A stretch of DNA of 64,000 bases from Paramoeba atlantica (Eukaryota > Protista > Discosea). Location: NCBI GenBank assembly GCA_977017575.1, contig CDRNVI010000069.1:248001-312000 (forward strand), written 5' to 3'. This document shows, piece by piece, positions 10,617 through 22,336 of this stretch. Made by a program: the position numbers and the translations under genes. Numbering within the stretch: position 1 is the first letter of the stretch; each line of letters begins with the position of its first letter. The notes under the pieces were generated by a model that ran no database searches, had not been told where the DNA came from, and was given only the letters and a program-made list of their open reading frames with translations.

Positions 10617-11291
10617 TCAGAAGGCGCGTCGCATGTGCTTTTGTAACAACGATAAATTGTTTTGCATGAATGACGCAATCTCGTCTTGTGGTGTTCCTCT
10701 TAGTTGCAGCTCTCCACGCTTTGTAACCAAGTACTTAAGACATAACTCCTCAAGTTGCGCGTACACAGAGTCTACGACAATTCCCACCTTACCATACGCG
10801 TCTAAAACTTTTAAGCATGACTCGGCGGAAAGAGTTTGTTTGCAGGAGGACCGATTTATCAGTTCGGGTACAATACATCTCCAAAAAACTTCTTCAGCAT
10901 AGTTGTACTCGGCTAGTAAAGCAATGCATGCTAAAGTGGAGCTCTCAATCCCTGCAGCATTTCGAATATGAGCTGCCACCATATCTAATAAATGACGGGA
11001 ACGCAATTTGTGGGATAACATGTTTGTTAAAAGTGTGGCATTAAAAGACATATGCGTACCTTTCTCACAGTGTATGCAATTCTTACCAACTTTATCGTGA
11101 GCAATGTAACTCTGACAAAGTTGGGAAAGCAACCTTTGATTTTCAGGCAGCACTGGAGACGTTGACTCCCAGTACAAGTATTTTAGTTGCAGTAAACTTG
11201 CGTGTATGTCTTCTGCATCGGCAAATCCAAGTGATAACGAACTTTGAACTCTGCCCAACAAGTTCGACAAAACAGGTTTCTGCATGCTCAC
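10617..11291 (-). CDS. Hypothetical helical protein
   Basis: 224-aa ATG ORF on the cluster strand with ordinary protein composition. Confidence 0.6.
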   Translation of the reverse strand: MSMQKPVLSNLLGRVQSSLSLGFADAEDIHASLLQLKYLYWESTSPVLPENQRLLSQLCQSYIAHDKVGKNCIHCEKGTHMSFNATLLTNMLSHKLRSRHLLDMVAAHIRNAAGIESSTLACIALLAEYNYAEEVFWRCIVPELINRSSCKQTLSAESCLKVLDAYGKVGIVVDSVYAQLEELCLKYLVTKRGELQLRGTPQDEIASFMQNNLSLLQKHMRRAF

Positions 11292-11337
11292 CTCGTTAAG
11301 ACACTATGAAACAATATTTGGATCCTATTACAGTGTT

Positions 11338-11738
11338 ATAAAGGGGGGGTACGTCTATTGTTGGCAATCATCTATTGTTGGCAAACTAATAAAATCACCT
11401 ATTGTTGGCAATCGGTTATTGTTGACATTTAATTAGTTTTTTTTGACCCATTGCCATGTATGACGGATAAACTCCTGGAATCTGCTAAAGTAAAAATTTC
11501 CACTTTTTTCGAAACTTTTCGAAAATTTCCTCTTTTTCGAGGATACGTATACGTATGTATCCTCGTGTATGTGAGGGGGGGGTGATGGTAGTGTAAGTGA
11601 TAAAAGTAGCGTAAGTTACCTTGATAGCCAACAATAGATGATTTTATTGCCGTTCCATCTATTGTTGGTTAAGGTGGGTATTGTATCATCTATTGTTGGC
11701 AAAAAAAGTTGCCAACAATAGACGAGCCCCCCCTTTAT
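11338..11738. mobile_element. MITE with G-run termini and TCTATTGTTGGC subterminal repeats
   Basis: AAAGGGGGGG(TA/CT)CGTCTATTGTTGGCAA inverted at both ends; about 8 internal copies of the 12-mer. Confidence 0.75.
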
Positions 11739-12338
11739 TTAATTACGGTATTATTTAATTACGCTTTTAAGGTTATTTTTGGCTAAAATTAATCTTAATT
11801 AAATTAACCGTAATATAATACACTCGCAAATTAATAATTTTAGAACACACTTTTTGAATAACTTTTATGCGCCCAAGACATTGGATTCGTCTGTGATCAT
11901 TTTGTAAGGGCTTGTGTTTCGTATGAAAGCGAGGTCGATGGTGATAGACATGAAAAAAAGTATTTTTGTTCGGGGCTAAAAATAATCTTAATTAAAAATA
12001 ACCGTAATTAAAAATAACCGTAATATAATCCACCCGTATTTGAATACTTCACTGTATTTCTATATATTCGTTAATTTTATGACCAGTTGACCATTGACGA
12101 GTTGCAAATTAACCTTAGCACGTGGGACCTTAGATACTTAGAAGTCCCCCAATAGTCTTTTTTACTACTGTTTGTAACACAGGATTGTACACAGATTTGT
12201 ACTAACAGAATAGTATTGTTTCATTGGATGTGAACTTGTAAAAAAGGTAAGACCAATATTTTTACCAAAGCGACAACAAAGGTATCTTGTATTTGCATGC
12301 TTACTATAGTAAAGTGTCTCATTAGAATGCAAAGACCA

Positions 12339-13103
12339 TTAGTTTCGGCGAGCGCTCGGACACAAATCGAACAACGGACAGTTTTGGCACTTTGGTCTTT
12401 GACTAGTGCACAATGTTTGACCGAACCCCACGACCAATGGGTTTATTTGGGCCCAATGCTCTCTCGGCAACCATTGCTGAAGTTCTTCTGCTGTTTTCTG
12501 CGGTGTATTCGCTCGTGCAGAGACCCATCTCCACCGTTGAAATATGCGCTCCATATGTACATCCACGCTAATGCCCTCTACAATGTTGTGACAACATTGT
12601 AGAAAGAGATGTGCCATCTTTGAACCCACCCCGGGAAAGGAACATAGCTGTTGAAAGTTGGCTGGGATTCGACCTTGATGCTGCGTGAGGATTTGTTCAG
12701 TTGTCTTTTTAATGTAATCCGTCTTCTTATTGTGAAACCCTACTCCGGAAAGAAGCTCATTTAATGTGGAGCGGGGTAGCTGATGAATAGATTCCGGGGT
12801 AAGTCCGTTATGTTGCACTAACTTCTGAACAGTCAGAGAAGTTACTTCATCTTTGGTTTGACTACTTAGCATGAGAGAAATCAGTGTGCGGTATTCCCTT
12901 ACCTTTTTAAGGTCAGCAGTTTCAATAGAGTCCATGCAACGAGTACGCTTCCTTCCACTTCGAGATAGTCTCACCTGTTTTTCAGACGCCCATTGGTCAA
13001 AAAGTGCTCCAGCGCCCATAGAATCTACTGGGGCTCTATTCGTCTTTCGATACTGGATTAACCTTGTCAGGAGCTGACTCCAATCTTTTGGCGCTTTGGT
13101 CAT
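12339..13103 (-). CDS. NTH1: Endonuclease III homolog (HhH-GPD DNA glycosylase with 4Fe-4S cluster)
   Basis: LMLSSQTKDEVT, VGFHNKK, FPGVGSKMAHL HhH motif, VDVHMER, C..RPKC..CPL..LCP. Confidence 0.93.
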   Translation of the reverse strand: MTKAPKDWSQLLTRLIQYRKTNRAPVDSMGAGALFDQWASEKQVRLSRSGRKRTRCMDSIETADLKKVREYRTLISLMLSSQTKDEVTSLTVQKLVQHNGLTPESIHQLPRSTLNELLSGVGFHNKKTDYIKKTTEQILTQHQGRIPANFQQLCSFPGVGSKMAHLFLQCCHNIVEGISVDVHMERIFQRWRWVSARANTPQKTAEELQQWLPREHWAQINPLVVGFGQTLCTSQRPKCQNCPLFDLCPSARRN

Positions 13104-13377
13104 GTGAAACTTTAAGAAAAGCGAAAAAAGAGTAAGAAGAAATGTACGTCATGCACATGTATCCTATGAAATGCAGTTTTTTGATTTTTTGTACACCTAT
13201 TTATACCCTTCATTAAAATGTGCACTTCTGTAGGAGACTGAGTCTTGCTGACTTGCTCACTGACAAAACGCGTCCGCCGAACTGTACGGACGTTAACATG
13301 ACGTGCCCCCCTAGACCCCCTGGAAAAAGACCCCCCTAGAAGTATATTGCAAAATGGCTTGTAATTTTATTTCTTGC

Positions 13378-13908
13378 TCATTCGTCCGAGTCCTCGAACT
13401 TCGTACTCCGCACACTATCATTCAGCTCTACCGCATAGACTTTATTTTTGTTTTTTTGCTTTTCCTTGGTAAAGTTTTTGCCCCGGACTGTGACCAACTT
13501 ACGGTTTAGGGGATGCTGCATATCTCGCATAAACGCACTATTATCGCGCACCTCGTCGTGGTCGAATGTCACGCGTTCGGCATCAATACGACAAAAAGGG
13601 CGAGAAGGGTTGTGTCTCGCCTGTTTCTGTGGTGGATAGACTGTATTTATCTGAGCTTGCTCGTCCGGTGGGGTTTCCATTCGGTTAGTTGTTTTCTTTT
13701 CGGGATAGACTGGAGAGACACCCTTAGAAGAAACTGTGTTCTGTACGATAGCTTCTTTTTTTATGACTTTGTCCGTTAACTTTCGCTTAAATTGCTTGTA
13801 TAATTGCTTTCCTTCGACTTCGTCGTGAAGAATAAGTTTCAAGTACTTTAAGACTAAACTCTCTACGTTCGTCCCAAGCAATCCATTTTTCGGGAAATCA
13901 TTCATCAT
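13378..13908 (-). CDS. Nopp140/Srp40-like nucleolar protein (SRP40 C-terminal domain)
   Basis: RPFCRID...VRDNS...LVTVRGKNFTKEKQKNKNKVY...SVRSTKFEDSDE; first ATG at 13908. Confidence 0.8.
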   Translation of the reverse strand: MMNDFPKNGLLGTNVESLVLKYLKLILHDEVEGKQLYKQFKRKLTDKVIKKEAIVQNTVSSKGVSPVYPEKKTTNRMETPPDEQAQINTVYPPQKQARHNPSRPFCRIDAERVTFDHDEVRDNSAFMRDMQHPLNRKLVTVRGKNFTKEKQKNKNKVYAVELNDSVRSTKFEDSDE

Positions 13909-14108
13909 ATTTTTTTTCCTAGCCCAAATATTCGGAAAAAAATAGCTTTTCGTTGGCAAGAAACAAATGCATGACTTGCATCTTGTGCTACAAGATTAAT
14001 AACAGTACTACAAGACCATAACAGTAAACTTACAAGCTTATTTCAATATGCAGAGACGTGTGTGTTCTAAAAGTCTCAGAACAAAGGGCCAATTTCCAAC
14101 CCACCCCC

Positions 14109-14993
14109 TCACTCCCCACCCTCCTCTCTACTCCAATACCTCCTCTCCGACAGAAACGGCGCCAACGCAAAGATCACCCCATGGCGATACGTCTCCGCCC
14201 GCGGCAACTGCCCCCCCGTCAACACCCCCATCGCCCCCAACCCCTCCCGTACCCCCTCCACCCCCGACACCTCCTCCAGCACCTCCCCCAGCTCCCTCCC
14301 CTGCTCCAGGATCGGTCTCATCAACACCTCCCCTAGGGCGTACCGTCCACTACTCCCCACCCCCTCCACCCCGGTCTCACGGTGTACGATCACCACCCAC
14401 CCGGACTCATAGTAGTGACGCCCACTACTACTGCTACCCCCACTCCCACTCCCCCCGACACGCTCTATCCCCCCCTCTATCCCCACACCGTAGTCCACGG
14501 GGCCGTTGTGTGCGGCCGCCGCGGCGTGCAGGGCGCCCACGGCCCGGTTACGTGCGCCTTGGATCGTGGCGGCGACGTCCAGGGGCTGGGGCGGGACCCC
14601 GGTGGGTACGGCGTGGGGGGTGATGCGGTGGGTGTGGGAGGGGAAGCACTGGGTGAGGGCGGCGTGGACCGCGGAGAGCTTGGCCGGGTTGGTGGTGCCG
14701 ACAGCCCAGCGGAGGGTGGGGGAGGGAGAAGAAGGAGGTGATGATGACGGGGATGAGGAAACGGAAACAAAGGAAGGGGAAGCAGAAGAGGAAGAAGAAG
14801 AAGCAGAAGAGGGAGATGGTGAAGGGGAAGAAGCTGAAGCTGAAGATGATGAAGAGAGGGCGGAGGAAGGGGGGGAAGACATGGAGGGCTTGATGTCTTG
14901 GGGAGAGATGGAAGGGAAGGAATGGAGGAGGAGGAGGAGGAAGAGGGGAAGGAGGGGAGAAAGGGGAAGGGGTCGTTGGGGGTGGTGGGACAT
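14109..14993 (-). CDS. Inosine/xanthosine triphosphatase (YjjX / NTPase_I-T family) with hydrophobic and Ser-rich N-terminal extension
   Basis: VGTTNPAKLSAV, GVPPQP...TIQGARNRA, GVGIEGGI, ELGEVLE, GAMGVLTGG...RAETY...ALAPF. Confidence 0.85.
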   Translation of the reverse strand: MSHHPQRPLPLSPLLPLFLLLLLHSFPSISPQDIKPSMSSPPSSALSSSSSASASSPSPSPSSASSSSSSASPSFVSVSSSPSSSPPSSPSPTLRWAVGTTNPAKLSAVHAALTQCFPSHTHRITPHAVPTGVPPQPLDVAATIQGARNRAVGALHAAAAAHNGPVDYGVGIEGGIERVGGSGSGGSSSSGRHYYESGWVVIVHRETGVEGVGSSGRYALGEVLMRPILEQGRELGEVLEEVSGVEGVREGLGAMGVLTGGQLPRAETYRHGVIFALAPFLSERRYWSREEGGE

Positions 14994-15521
14994 GGGAGAT
15001 GGGGGAGAGAGGGTAGGGAGGGTTGTGGATAGGGATGAGAAAAAAATCCTAGGGAAAACATGTGGGATGGGGTGTGTATAGGGAACGCACTACAGTGCTT
15101 TTGAGGGGCGGGTGATGTGGGCCGAAACCTCACCGAAACTTCGACTCGCAACCCCTCATGTACATGCTGGAACTAACGGATGAATGAAAACGCCGAGGAA
15201 TCGAGTTCTCTTTCTAAATTAACGTATCAACACCAACTTCACTGGGTGATGACCAAGATTGGGCTTTAAAGTAATATTTCGGTGGATATTCAGTAGTTGG
15301 GGTGAAAGAGTCTGTATTGCAACATCCGATACGAACATTTTCAAGCTAATTATGATAAAAAAAAACTAGCAATTTTTTTTTATGATCTCTGACACCAGAG
15401 GTTCTTCAGATAGCCCATCGGATGAGAAATCGTCACCACATGCGAAATAATTAGTAAGCTACAAAGTGCTATGACGGGTTTCTGATCTGCATAATCATCC
15501 ACGGGTAATTCTTCGATATTT

Positions 15522-16205
15522 ATGATACACACTAAGCGATGCACACTCTTCGAGTCTTGTAGACAGGAATTCGTTAAGTTCTTTATGTGCATCCCTTTGT
15601 GTGTCAATCTGCCTTCACTGGATGAGCGTATTGAAGCCATCGGTTACTTTCCAGATGGACAATTTTTGGCTGGTGACATGCGTCGAAACAACGGCAACGT
15701 TTGGGTTCTTTTTCATCGTGTTAATACACTGTTGTTTGTCGTACTACAATCTGTTATGAGCTCCTCCGACACTCTCAGTATGCATCTCGACCTCCCGGGG
15801 ATGCGCAGCCCCCCTGATTGGCTTCTCGAGGCCGAAACCTTACAACGCCCTGATGCCGTAGTGTCTCTCCGCGACGGCTCTGAGTTTATCATTGAGCTCA
15901 CCAGCCCGTGGGAAGACAACATACAGGCTGCTTTTGAGCGAAAGCTACATAAATATGCCACACTTCTTCAACACCGTAAGTTGCGGCATCCGAACACACA
16001 CCTCCTTGTGTTCGAAATAGGAGCGCGCGGAAGTCTTCATCACTCGTCACGAGCCCTAAATCTTTTGTTCCCGAGCGACAAAACAAAAGCTAGCAAATGT
16101 CATGAGGAAATGGTCACCAGAGCGCAGAGAGGAAGCTTCATACTTTTTCAGAACCGTGACTCCCCGCTCTGGACCCCAATTGACGTTGCGGTCAATGATG
16201 GGTAA
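15522..16205 (+). mobile_element. 3' remnant of an RLE-class non-LTR retrotransposon (restriction-like endonuclease domain)
   Basis: RPDAVV...IIELTSPWEDNIQAAFERKLHKY...VFEIGARG is the PD-(D/E)xK RLE signature; no RT domain is recognisable. Confidence 0.75.
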
Positions 16206-16531
16206 TGACCGTTCGGAAGGCGCGTTGTGTGCGCGCTTACTGTGACATAATTTTTCCGAAATAGTCTTGTCCGAAATGGCAAAAAAAATATTTTTCCAAA
16301 ATCATTTCCCCTATTGTATTTTGATAGTTTGGGGCGTGTACTAGCTTTCTACGACGTTGTCTTCGCAGTACACCCTTTCTCGGAGCCGTGGTATGCCCTC
16401 GAAAATGACCCATTTTTGACTAAACGAGGGTGAAAAAGTATTTTTCGGACCCCAAGGGGCCTTTTTGTGTCGAAAGAATGGTATGGTTGGAGTCGCATTC
16501 TCTATCCAATACGTTCGGTAGGCCTTCATTC

Positions 16532-17285
16532 ATGCCTACGAGTGATCTCCCACGCGCACATGTCGGATTTAATGCTCTGAGAGCAAGAATACCCAAAAAT
16601 GATCCCTTTTTTACCCGAAAATCGGCACGCGAAGCAGGTTGTCACGAGAACACTGCGAAGCGTTGGATCCAGCGATACGAGGAGACAGGGGACGTGGATA
16701 GGTCTCCTTACAAGGAGCGTCAATCAATCGTCATGACTCCAGAGCTAATAACCCGGGCTATATCCCTCATTGATGAAGGTACACGAGATTTGCCATATGG
16801 AATTCCGTCATGGTCGTGTCAACCTCGTGTCAACCCTTCAGTCCGAAGGGTTTTATTGTTCCCGGCGCTCTATCACGCGCACTTTAAAGCGTGAAGGCAT
16901 CATTTTGCGCACTGTCCCCCGTCGTCCAGCTCTTACGGCTGCCCACAAGCAAAAACGAGTTGAGCTGTGCCGCGAGCTGTCGGAGTGGACCCCTCGTGAT
17001 CTCGAGTCCATTATTTGGACTCGATTATTGTTCCCCAATTTTCTGAAGAGACATTCAGTCGCTGTTGTGGTGATGGATAACTGTCCTATCCACAATACTG
17101 CACGTTGTCATTTTGATGAAAATAGTGTCACAATGCTAGCTTGGTCCCCCAAGTCTCCTGATCTCAACCCCATCGAAAATATTTGGGGGCAAATTGAATC
17201 ACACAAAAATACTAAATGTCCTAAAAATAGGGGGGAATTGCGTGATGCAATACATTCAGGGATTGAATTGTTGAAAAGAGAATAA
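16532..17285 (+). pseudogene. Tc1-like transposase, frameshifted and internally deleted
   Basis: HTH (SAREAGCHENTAKRWIQRYEETGDV), RRPALTAAHKQKRVELCRE, MDNCPIH...WSPKSPDLNPIENIWG. The first catalytic Asp region is missing. Confidence 0.85.
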
Positions 17286-18744
17286 CATGGCGTGTTTTTA
17301 AGTACTTTACAGAGCATGCCTAGACGAATTAAGATCGTACTTGAAAAAAATGGGGGTCATTGTGGATATTAGTCAGCTGTTTTACTATTTTTTGCAGCTG
17401 CAGTTGTCACTTTTACCCCCTTTGGCATATGGACCCACCCCCTGGATGCGGGAAACGCATTATCACATGACACGTAACTCTGCGAGAGCTCTCGAATGCG
17501 GTGCTATTTTCCAAAATTGGCCAAGTTACACAAATATTGACCCCCCCCCACATTTTCGTGCCCACCCCTGTATGTTGAAAACAACCACCGCGTTTAACGA
17601 AGAGCCTAATAAACCAAGCCATTCAGGGACATTTATAGAAAATCAAAGTTCTAGTGCTCTAATACTGGCACACCAGGGCGACAAAAGGTGTGACACACTT
17701 ATAGAGTTCGGTAGCGTATCGATACTATATGGTATGATACACATGAACGTTCCCGTTAGAGTCTTCCGTATTCAGTGGGAACTCGGCAGCATCCAAGGGC
17801 CCCTCAGCAAAGTTCCGCAGAGGACATAAACCCCCCACAGCGAATAAGTCACCCCCCTCTTTTTTTGTACAACGAGGCTTAGGGGGGTTGCGGCACCACT
17901 TTTTCGTTCAAAATTTTGAGTTCTGCACGTTCCCGATGTTTTTAGACCTTTTCACAAAAAAAAATGCGTTTTGATTTTTGTCATGCCAATATTACCTGAA
18001 AAATCTCATGTTCCTCGACATGACCCTCGGCGCCCCCTGGCCGCCCTCCTCGTCAGCCGTCTTCGCCTGTCCTCTGTGCCGCGCTCCTCGCCTGCCTTCT
18101 TCGCCCTCACTCTTGACTAGCGTCCTGGCCACTCAATTCGACCCTCTGCCCTGCCCTCTTCGCCCCCCTCCTTCATCCATGCGCCACCCGCCTGACCGCC
18201 CGTGAGGAAAGTCCGGTGCTTTCTTGTATGATCGAGCGTTTCGACGCTCTCATGTTAGAAGATCACGCTTTCGCGTGGAGCACCGGCAGGGCGACCCACG
18301 CGTGAAGTAGGAAGCCACAGCTCTTAGGAGCCAAATGGCTTGAATAACAACAATAACAATTATTTCTATAATGGACGAAAAGACTTCTGAAATGTGGAAG
18401 CTAAACAAATGTGATGTATTCTCGAACTCATATAACGCTTCGACTACCGCAAATATTGCATGTTCCTGGTCTGCTGCAGTGCCGAAAACTGCCGAGAGAC
18501 TCCATAAAAAACAATAAAAGTGGTCGTTCCAACTTGTGCCCCCCCGGTACAATAACTGGCTATAGGCACATTAACCCGGAACAGGGTTTAAAAAGAAAAG
18601 TACCTATTGAAAAGACCCATGCTACAAAGAACAGGGCCTTCAAAGTACGCATATTCATCAACTGTGTATGGCCACTCTCTTACACGACTCGCAAAGCTTC
18701 ATTAGGAAAGGATGACTGGAGAACAGGTCGGTCGCGCTGCCAAG

Positions 18745-20097
18745 CTAGTATATCTGGCCGTTTATTTTCTCTGGATCGTAGGGTGCTCCATGCACTTTCT
18801 CAAAGATTGTGAAAATATTATCTGCGTTGCTTTCGAAATGAGATGCGGAGCTGAGCGACTCGGTAATGTGAATCCCTGGTGTATTCGAGCGGTGGTGCGG
18901 GACAGCGAATTCACACACGCGGACGAAGTCTTGTATACTGCGCATCCCTAAAACAGACCGGACGGGTTCTATCTCACGCGCTGCATCCCCGCTCTCCAAT
19001 ACGCTAGATATAAGAACGAGGTAGTGCCCTGGGGGAACAACCCCTTGCTCCGAACTCAACTGCAAGACGTACACGTCGTGCTTTCGATTCAACTCAGCTG
19101 CAGGAAATATAATTTGGCACGAACCACCAGCCTTGTCGCGCAGGACAGGCTCCGCACACACACTCAGACTGCGAACTATGCGTGACTTTACTTCACAAAG
19201 CGAGGGGAAGTAGGAGGGGTCTGCGATGACATGCTTTGCTCGAGCTGTGAATGGTTTCGGGGTGGCCTCCGGGTTCTCTTCTACACAAAACGCCACGTGA
19301 TGCGAACACGTCCTGGGGTAGTGAGATTTAAACGCTATATCACGAGCCCGTAGCACCGTGGTCCCGCCATGGACTGCACACCAGCGACTAAACGCAGCGG
19401 GTAACTCCCCGATACCATGCATGGGGTAGAGATAGGGACTGCGGCCGAAGCAGTGGATCGAGCGGTGGTAGAGCTGTACCCGGTGGAGCAAGTGCACAGC
19501 GGGCTGATTAAGGTACGTGTCGTTTTCAGATAACCCCACCGCGTGTCCAATCACGTCAATGGTATGGTGGTCCAAGTGGTAGGACGCCATCCACTCACGT
19601 GCGGTGAGGGAGGCAAGCGCGGAGGCTTGCATGGGGTCACATGTCTCACAGAAGGCAAAAAACTTTGCCACACGCCGTTTCTCAAGAAACCCCATGAGAT
19701 TGGATGACAGCGCTTCCTTGGCACTGCTGGGGACTTTGTGGATATGTTTTCGAGAATAGACAAAACTGTTTTCTACGAGAGTGAATGCCATGTCGTATCG
19801 CTCGGCAACCGTGTGCTGTAGGATGGATGTCAGCTCTCCACTCGCGATTAAGAGTTTTGGCGCCAAATCAATATTATACATCGTGAAATCGCCGAGTCGA
19901 GGCGAAAACGGCAAGGAATAGGGAATATGACATACGCGATGGAGGTCGGTGAGGTTGAGCGATGCAGATTCTGCACCGAAGTACTCATTTCGATCTAATA
20001 GTAACACTCTGTGGCCGTGAGCGGCAAGCAAACCACTGAGTACGGACTCTGATAAGCCTGTTCCACACACTATGACATCAAATTCAGTGTTTTCCAT
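18745..20097 (-). CDS. GDI: Rab GDP dissociation inhibitor
   Basis: FDVIVCGTGLSESVLSGLLA, LDRNEYFGAESASL, YNIDLAPKLL, SPYLYPMHGIGELP. Confidence 0.95.
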   Translation of the reverse strand: MENTEFDVIVCGTGLSESVLSGLLAAHGHRVLLLDRNEYFGAESASLNLTDLHRVCHIPYSLPFSPRLGDFTMYNIDLAPKLLIASGELTSILQHTVAERYDMAFTLVENSFVYSRKHIHKVPSSAKEALSSNLMGFLEKRRVAKFFAFCETCDPMQASALASLTAREWMASYHLDHHTIDVIGHAVGLSENDTYLNQPAVHLLHRVQLYHRSIHCFGRSPYLYPMHGIGELPAAFSRWCAVHGGTTVLRARDIAFKSHYPRTCSHHVAFCVEENPEATPKPFTARAKHVIADPSYFPSLCEVKSRIVRSLSVCAEPVLRDKAGGSCQIIFPAAELNRKHDVYVLQLSSEQGVVPPGHYLVLISSVLESGDAAREIEPVRSVLGMRSIQDFVRVCEFAVPHHRSNTPGIHITESLSSASHFESNADNIFTIFEKVHGAPYDPEKINGQIY

Positions 20098-20599
20098 TAG
20101 TAAGACTATGCATAGATAAGATGATAGTACATGCTTTAGAAAAATTAATAATGATTTTTTATTTTAGAAACGACCAGAATCAATCTTCAGATTTGATGAG
20201 TACATACAATTCCAAAAGGTATAAAAGGAACCATAGAAATAAAATGCCCCTATTCTAAATGATAACATTTTCTAGTTCAAATTTCTTGTTTTTGTTAGTC
20301 ACAGGTTTTTTCTTATCAAGTCAACAATGTATGGAAGAGAAATACTATTCCACCACAAAACAAGCATTAATTGATTCGTTTTAATTAATTTTTCGATTCA
20401 AATTTTCATTTTCAGTACAAAAGGATTTATTGAAATTCAATCCTTTTTGAAGAAAACCCTTTTAAGTACAATATGTATGTACAATGCATTTGATTTGGTT
20501 GTGACAATGTACGACGCATAAGACATTCAAAGTTCAATGCTTCTTACGGGGCAATTCTGTGCTCAAAAAATTTATCTTTTCAAATCGATTCTTAACGTT

Positions 20600-21007
20600 T
20601 TATTCAAAATCCTTGTCTTCGTTATCACTAAGGAAATGCTTGTATAGGCCATTCGCAGCACTGGACAAACCCGCTGCTAACGCCTCGCTACTTGTTTTAC
20701 CTTGACTAAAGTGCTTCAGAGCATCTTGCACTCCCCCAGTAATCGCGTTCTGTGCCCCTTCCTTGATGTAGCTCATTTCAGATGACGAGAGGAAGCTTTT
20801 GCGGCGAGCCGATCGGCGCGAGTTCTTTGAGCGATGCGGGACGGCTACATCCATCTCACAATCCTCACCATCCAAGCAACGGTCCCGAGAATAAGTCAAT
20901 TTCGGGTTTGTGGTCCGGGGATTCGCAACTCCAGGACGCTCGACGTGACGGGCCTCCGTCACCCAGAGGGCGAAGAGAACAAGAAATATCAGGTGGGACA
21001 CACGCAT
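20600..21007 (-). CDS. Small putative secreted protein (signal peptide, basic cleavage cluster, amphipathic C-terminal part)
   Basis: Likely start at ATG 21007: MRVSHLIFLVLFALWVTEA-; RRSARRK follows a two-Cys pro-region. Confidence 0.6.
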   Translation of the reverse strand: MRVSHLIFLVLFALWVTEARHVERPGVANPRTTNPKLTYSRDRCLDGEDCEMDVAVPHRSKNSRRSARRKSFLSSSEMSYIKEGAQNAITGGVQDALKHFSQGKTSSEALAAGLSSAANGLYKHFLSDNEDKDFE

Positions 21008-21301
21008 CAAAAAGAAAGTAGAAAATAGCAGAAAATAGCAGAAAATATTCTGTTTAGAAGGGGACAAAAACAGGGCACCTGTAAATTGATAGGAAATTTT
21101 TCCGTTTTGACCGATGTTATGCATCTATAGTTTAAATACATGTATGATTACCATTTCACATCTGTGATTGACCCTAGAGAAATTTTGGTGCACACAAGTT
21201 TATTGTACCCGCTTTCAAAAATATTTTCTTTGTGTGCAGAAATAGAACATCCCCCAGTAAGCGATCTTTTCATATTGCAGTTCTATTTACATGTGCGTAA
21301 T

Positions 21302-22286
21302 TATAAACCCCCGCTCACGAAAAGTGACCCCCCTCTTCTTTTTCGTACAAATGACCGTTTGAGCTGATTTTTGTTGCATTTTGCAGATCTCAACACAAGG
21401 ACTTTGCGCGTGAAGAAATGAGACAAAAAGAAACGAATACGCACAATTTAGAGAAGAATTACCATTTTATCACTTTTTCGCCCTTCAGTCTTATACACTC
21501 CTTAAGTCGAGAATCAAAACTTAATACTGTTTTGTCGATCACTTTTTGAGGCAAAGAAGACCATGCTTTACGTACACATCGGATAAGTGAAGGTTTGTCC
21601 GATGACGTTTGTTCGTCTACCGCCTCTTGGACCATAGACCAGACGTTTTCTATGGGGGAAGGGTCGGGCGAGTTGGGGGGCCAGTTTCTTAGAACATCAC
21701 TCATTCGATTCTCAATATACTCTTTGGAGGCACGGGCAGTATGTGCCGGTGCCCCATCCTGTTGAAATACACTATTAGGGGGGAAATCTACCTGTTTTAA
21801 TGTTTCTATGTACGTCTCACTTGTAATAGATGTGTCATTGTAGATGTCTCACTTGTAATAGATGGTCACAGGACTCAAAGTGTATTCCCCGCTAGATTTT
21901 TTTTCGTTCAGATATTTTTTGATTATCCTTCTAGAGACGGGATAATTGTTTTATCGGAACACCTTCTGCCTGTTTCATATTCAAAAGAACCTTACCACTA
22001 TCCGTAGGCCCCCCTTTTGGGAGCCGATACGTGATTTGGTCATTTTTGGAAAAAAAAGTTGAAAAACCAATAATGTTTTTTTGACTAAATTTTAAAAAAT
22101 TAAAATGAGCTAAAAACAGCGGGAACGTACAGATCTCGAAATTTTGAACGAAAAAGTGGTACAAAAAGTGTACGATAATTGTTTGACAGCTTTCCTTGTA
22201 GCTCAGAATATGAATGAGATAACCCACCCACGCCCCCCTGCGCTAAAAATAAGGGGGGGTCAGTTATTCGTGAGCGGGGGTTTATA
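21302..22286. mobile_element. Tc1-family deletion derivative with a minus-strand DDE remnant (21459 to ~21800)
   Basis: TIR TATAAACCCCCGCTCACGAA..TGACCCCCC; VFQQDGAPAHTA...WPPNSPDPSPIENVWS with D-35-E spacing. Related left ends near 17826 and 44058. Confidence 0.85.
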
Positions 22287-22336
22287 AGGGAATGGGGCAT
22301 TACTAACACAAGCTTACATAACTATAAGTAAGTAGT

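Noticed and set aside
14048-15151. Many long overlapping Pro/Gly/Arg-rich ORFs (likewise at 23492-24324, 31136-32272, 40841-41371, 51480-52228)
   Set aside because: They are shadows of GC-rich real genes; stop codons are rare in these skewed islands.
18250-18700. Hydrophobic minus-strand ORF as a membrane protein gene
   Set aside because: In-frame stop upstream and no recognisable family; at most a decayed gene.
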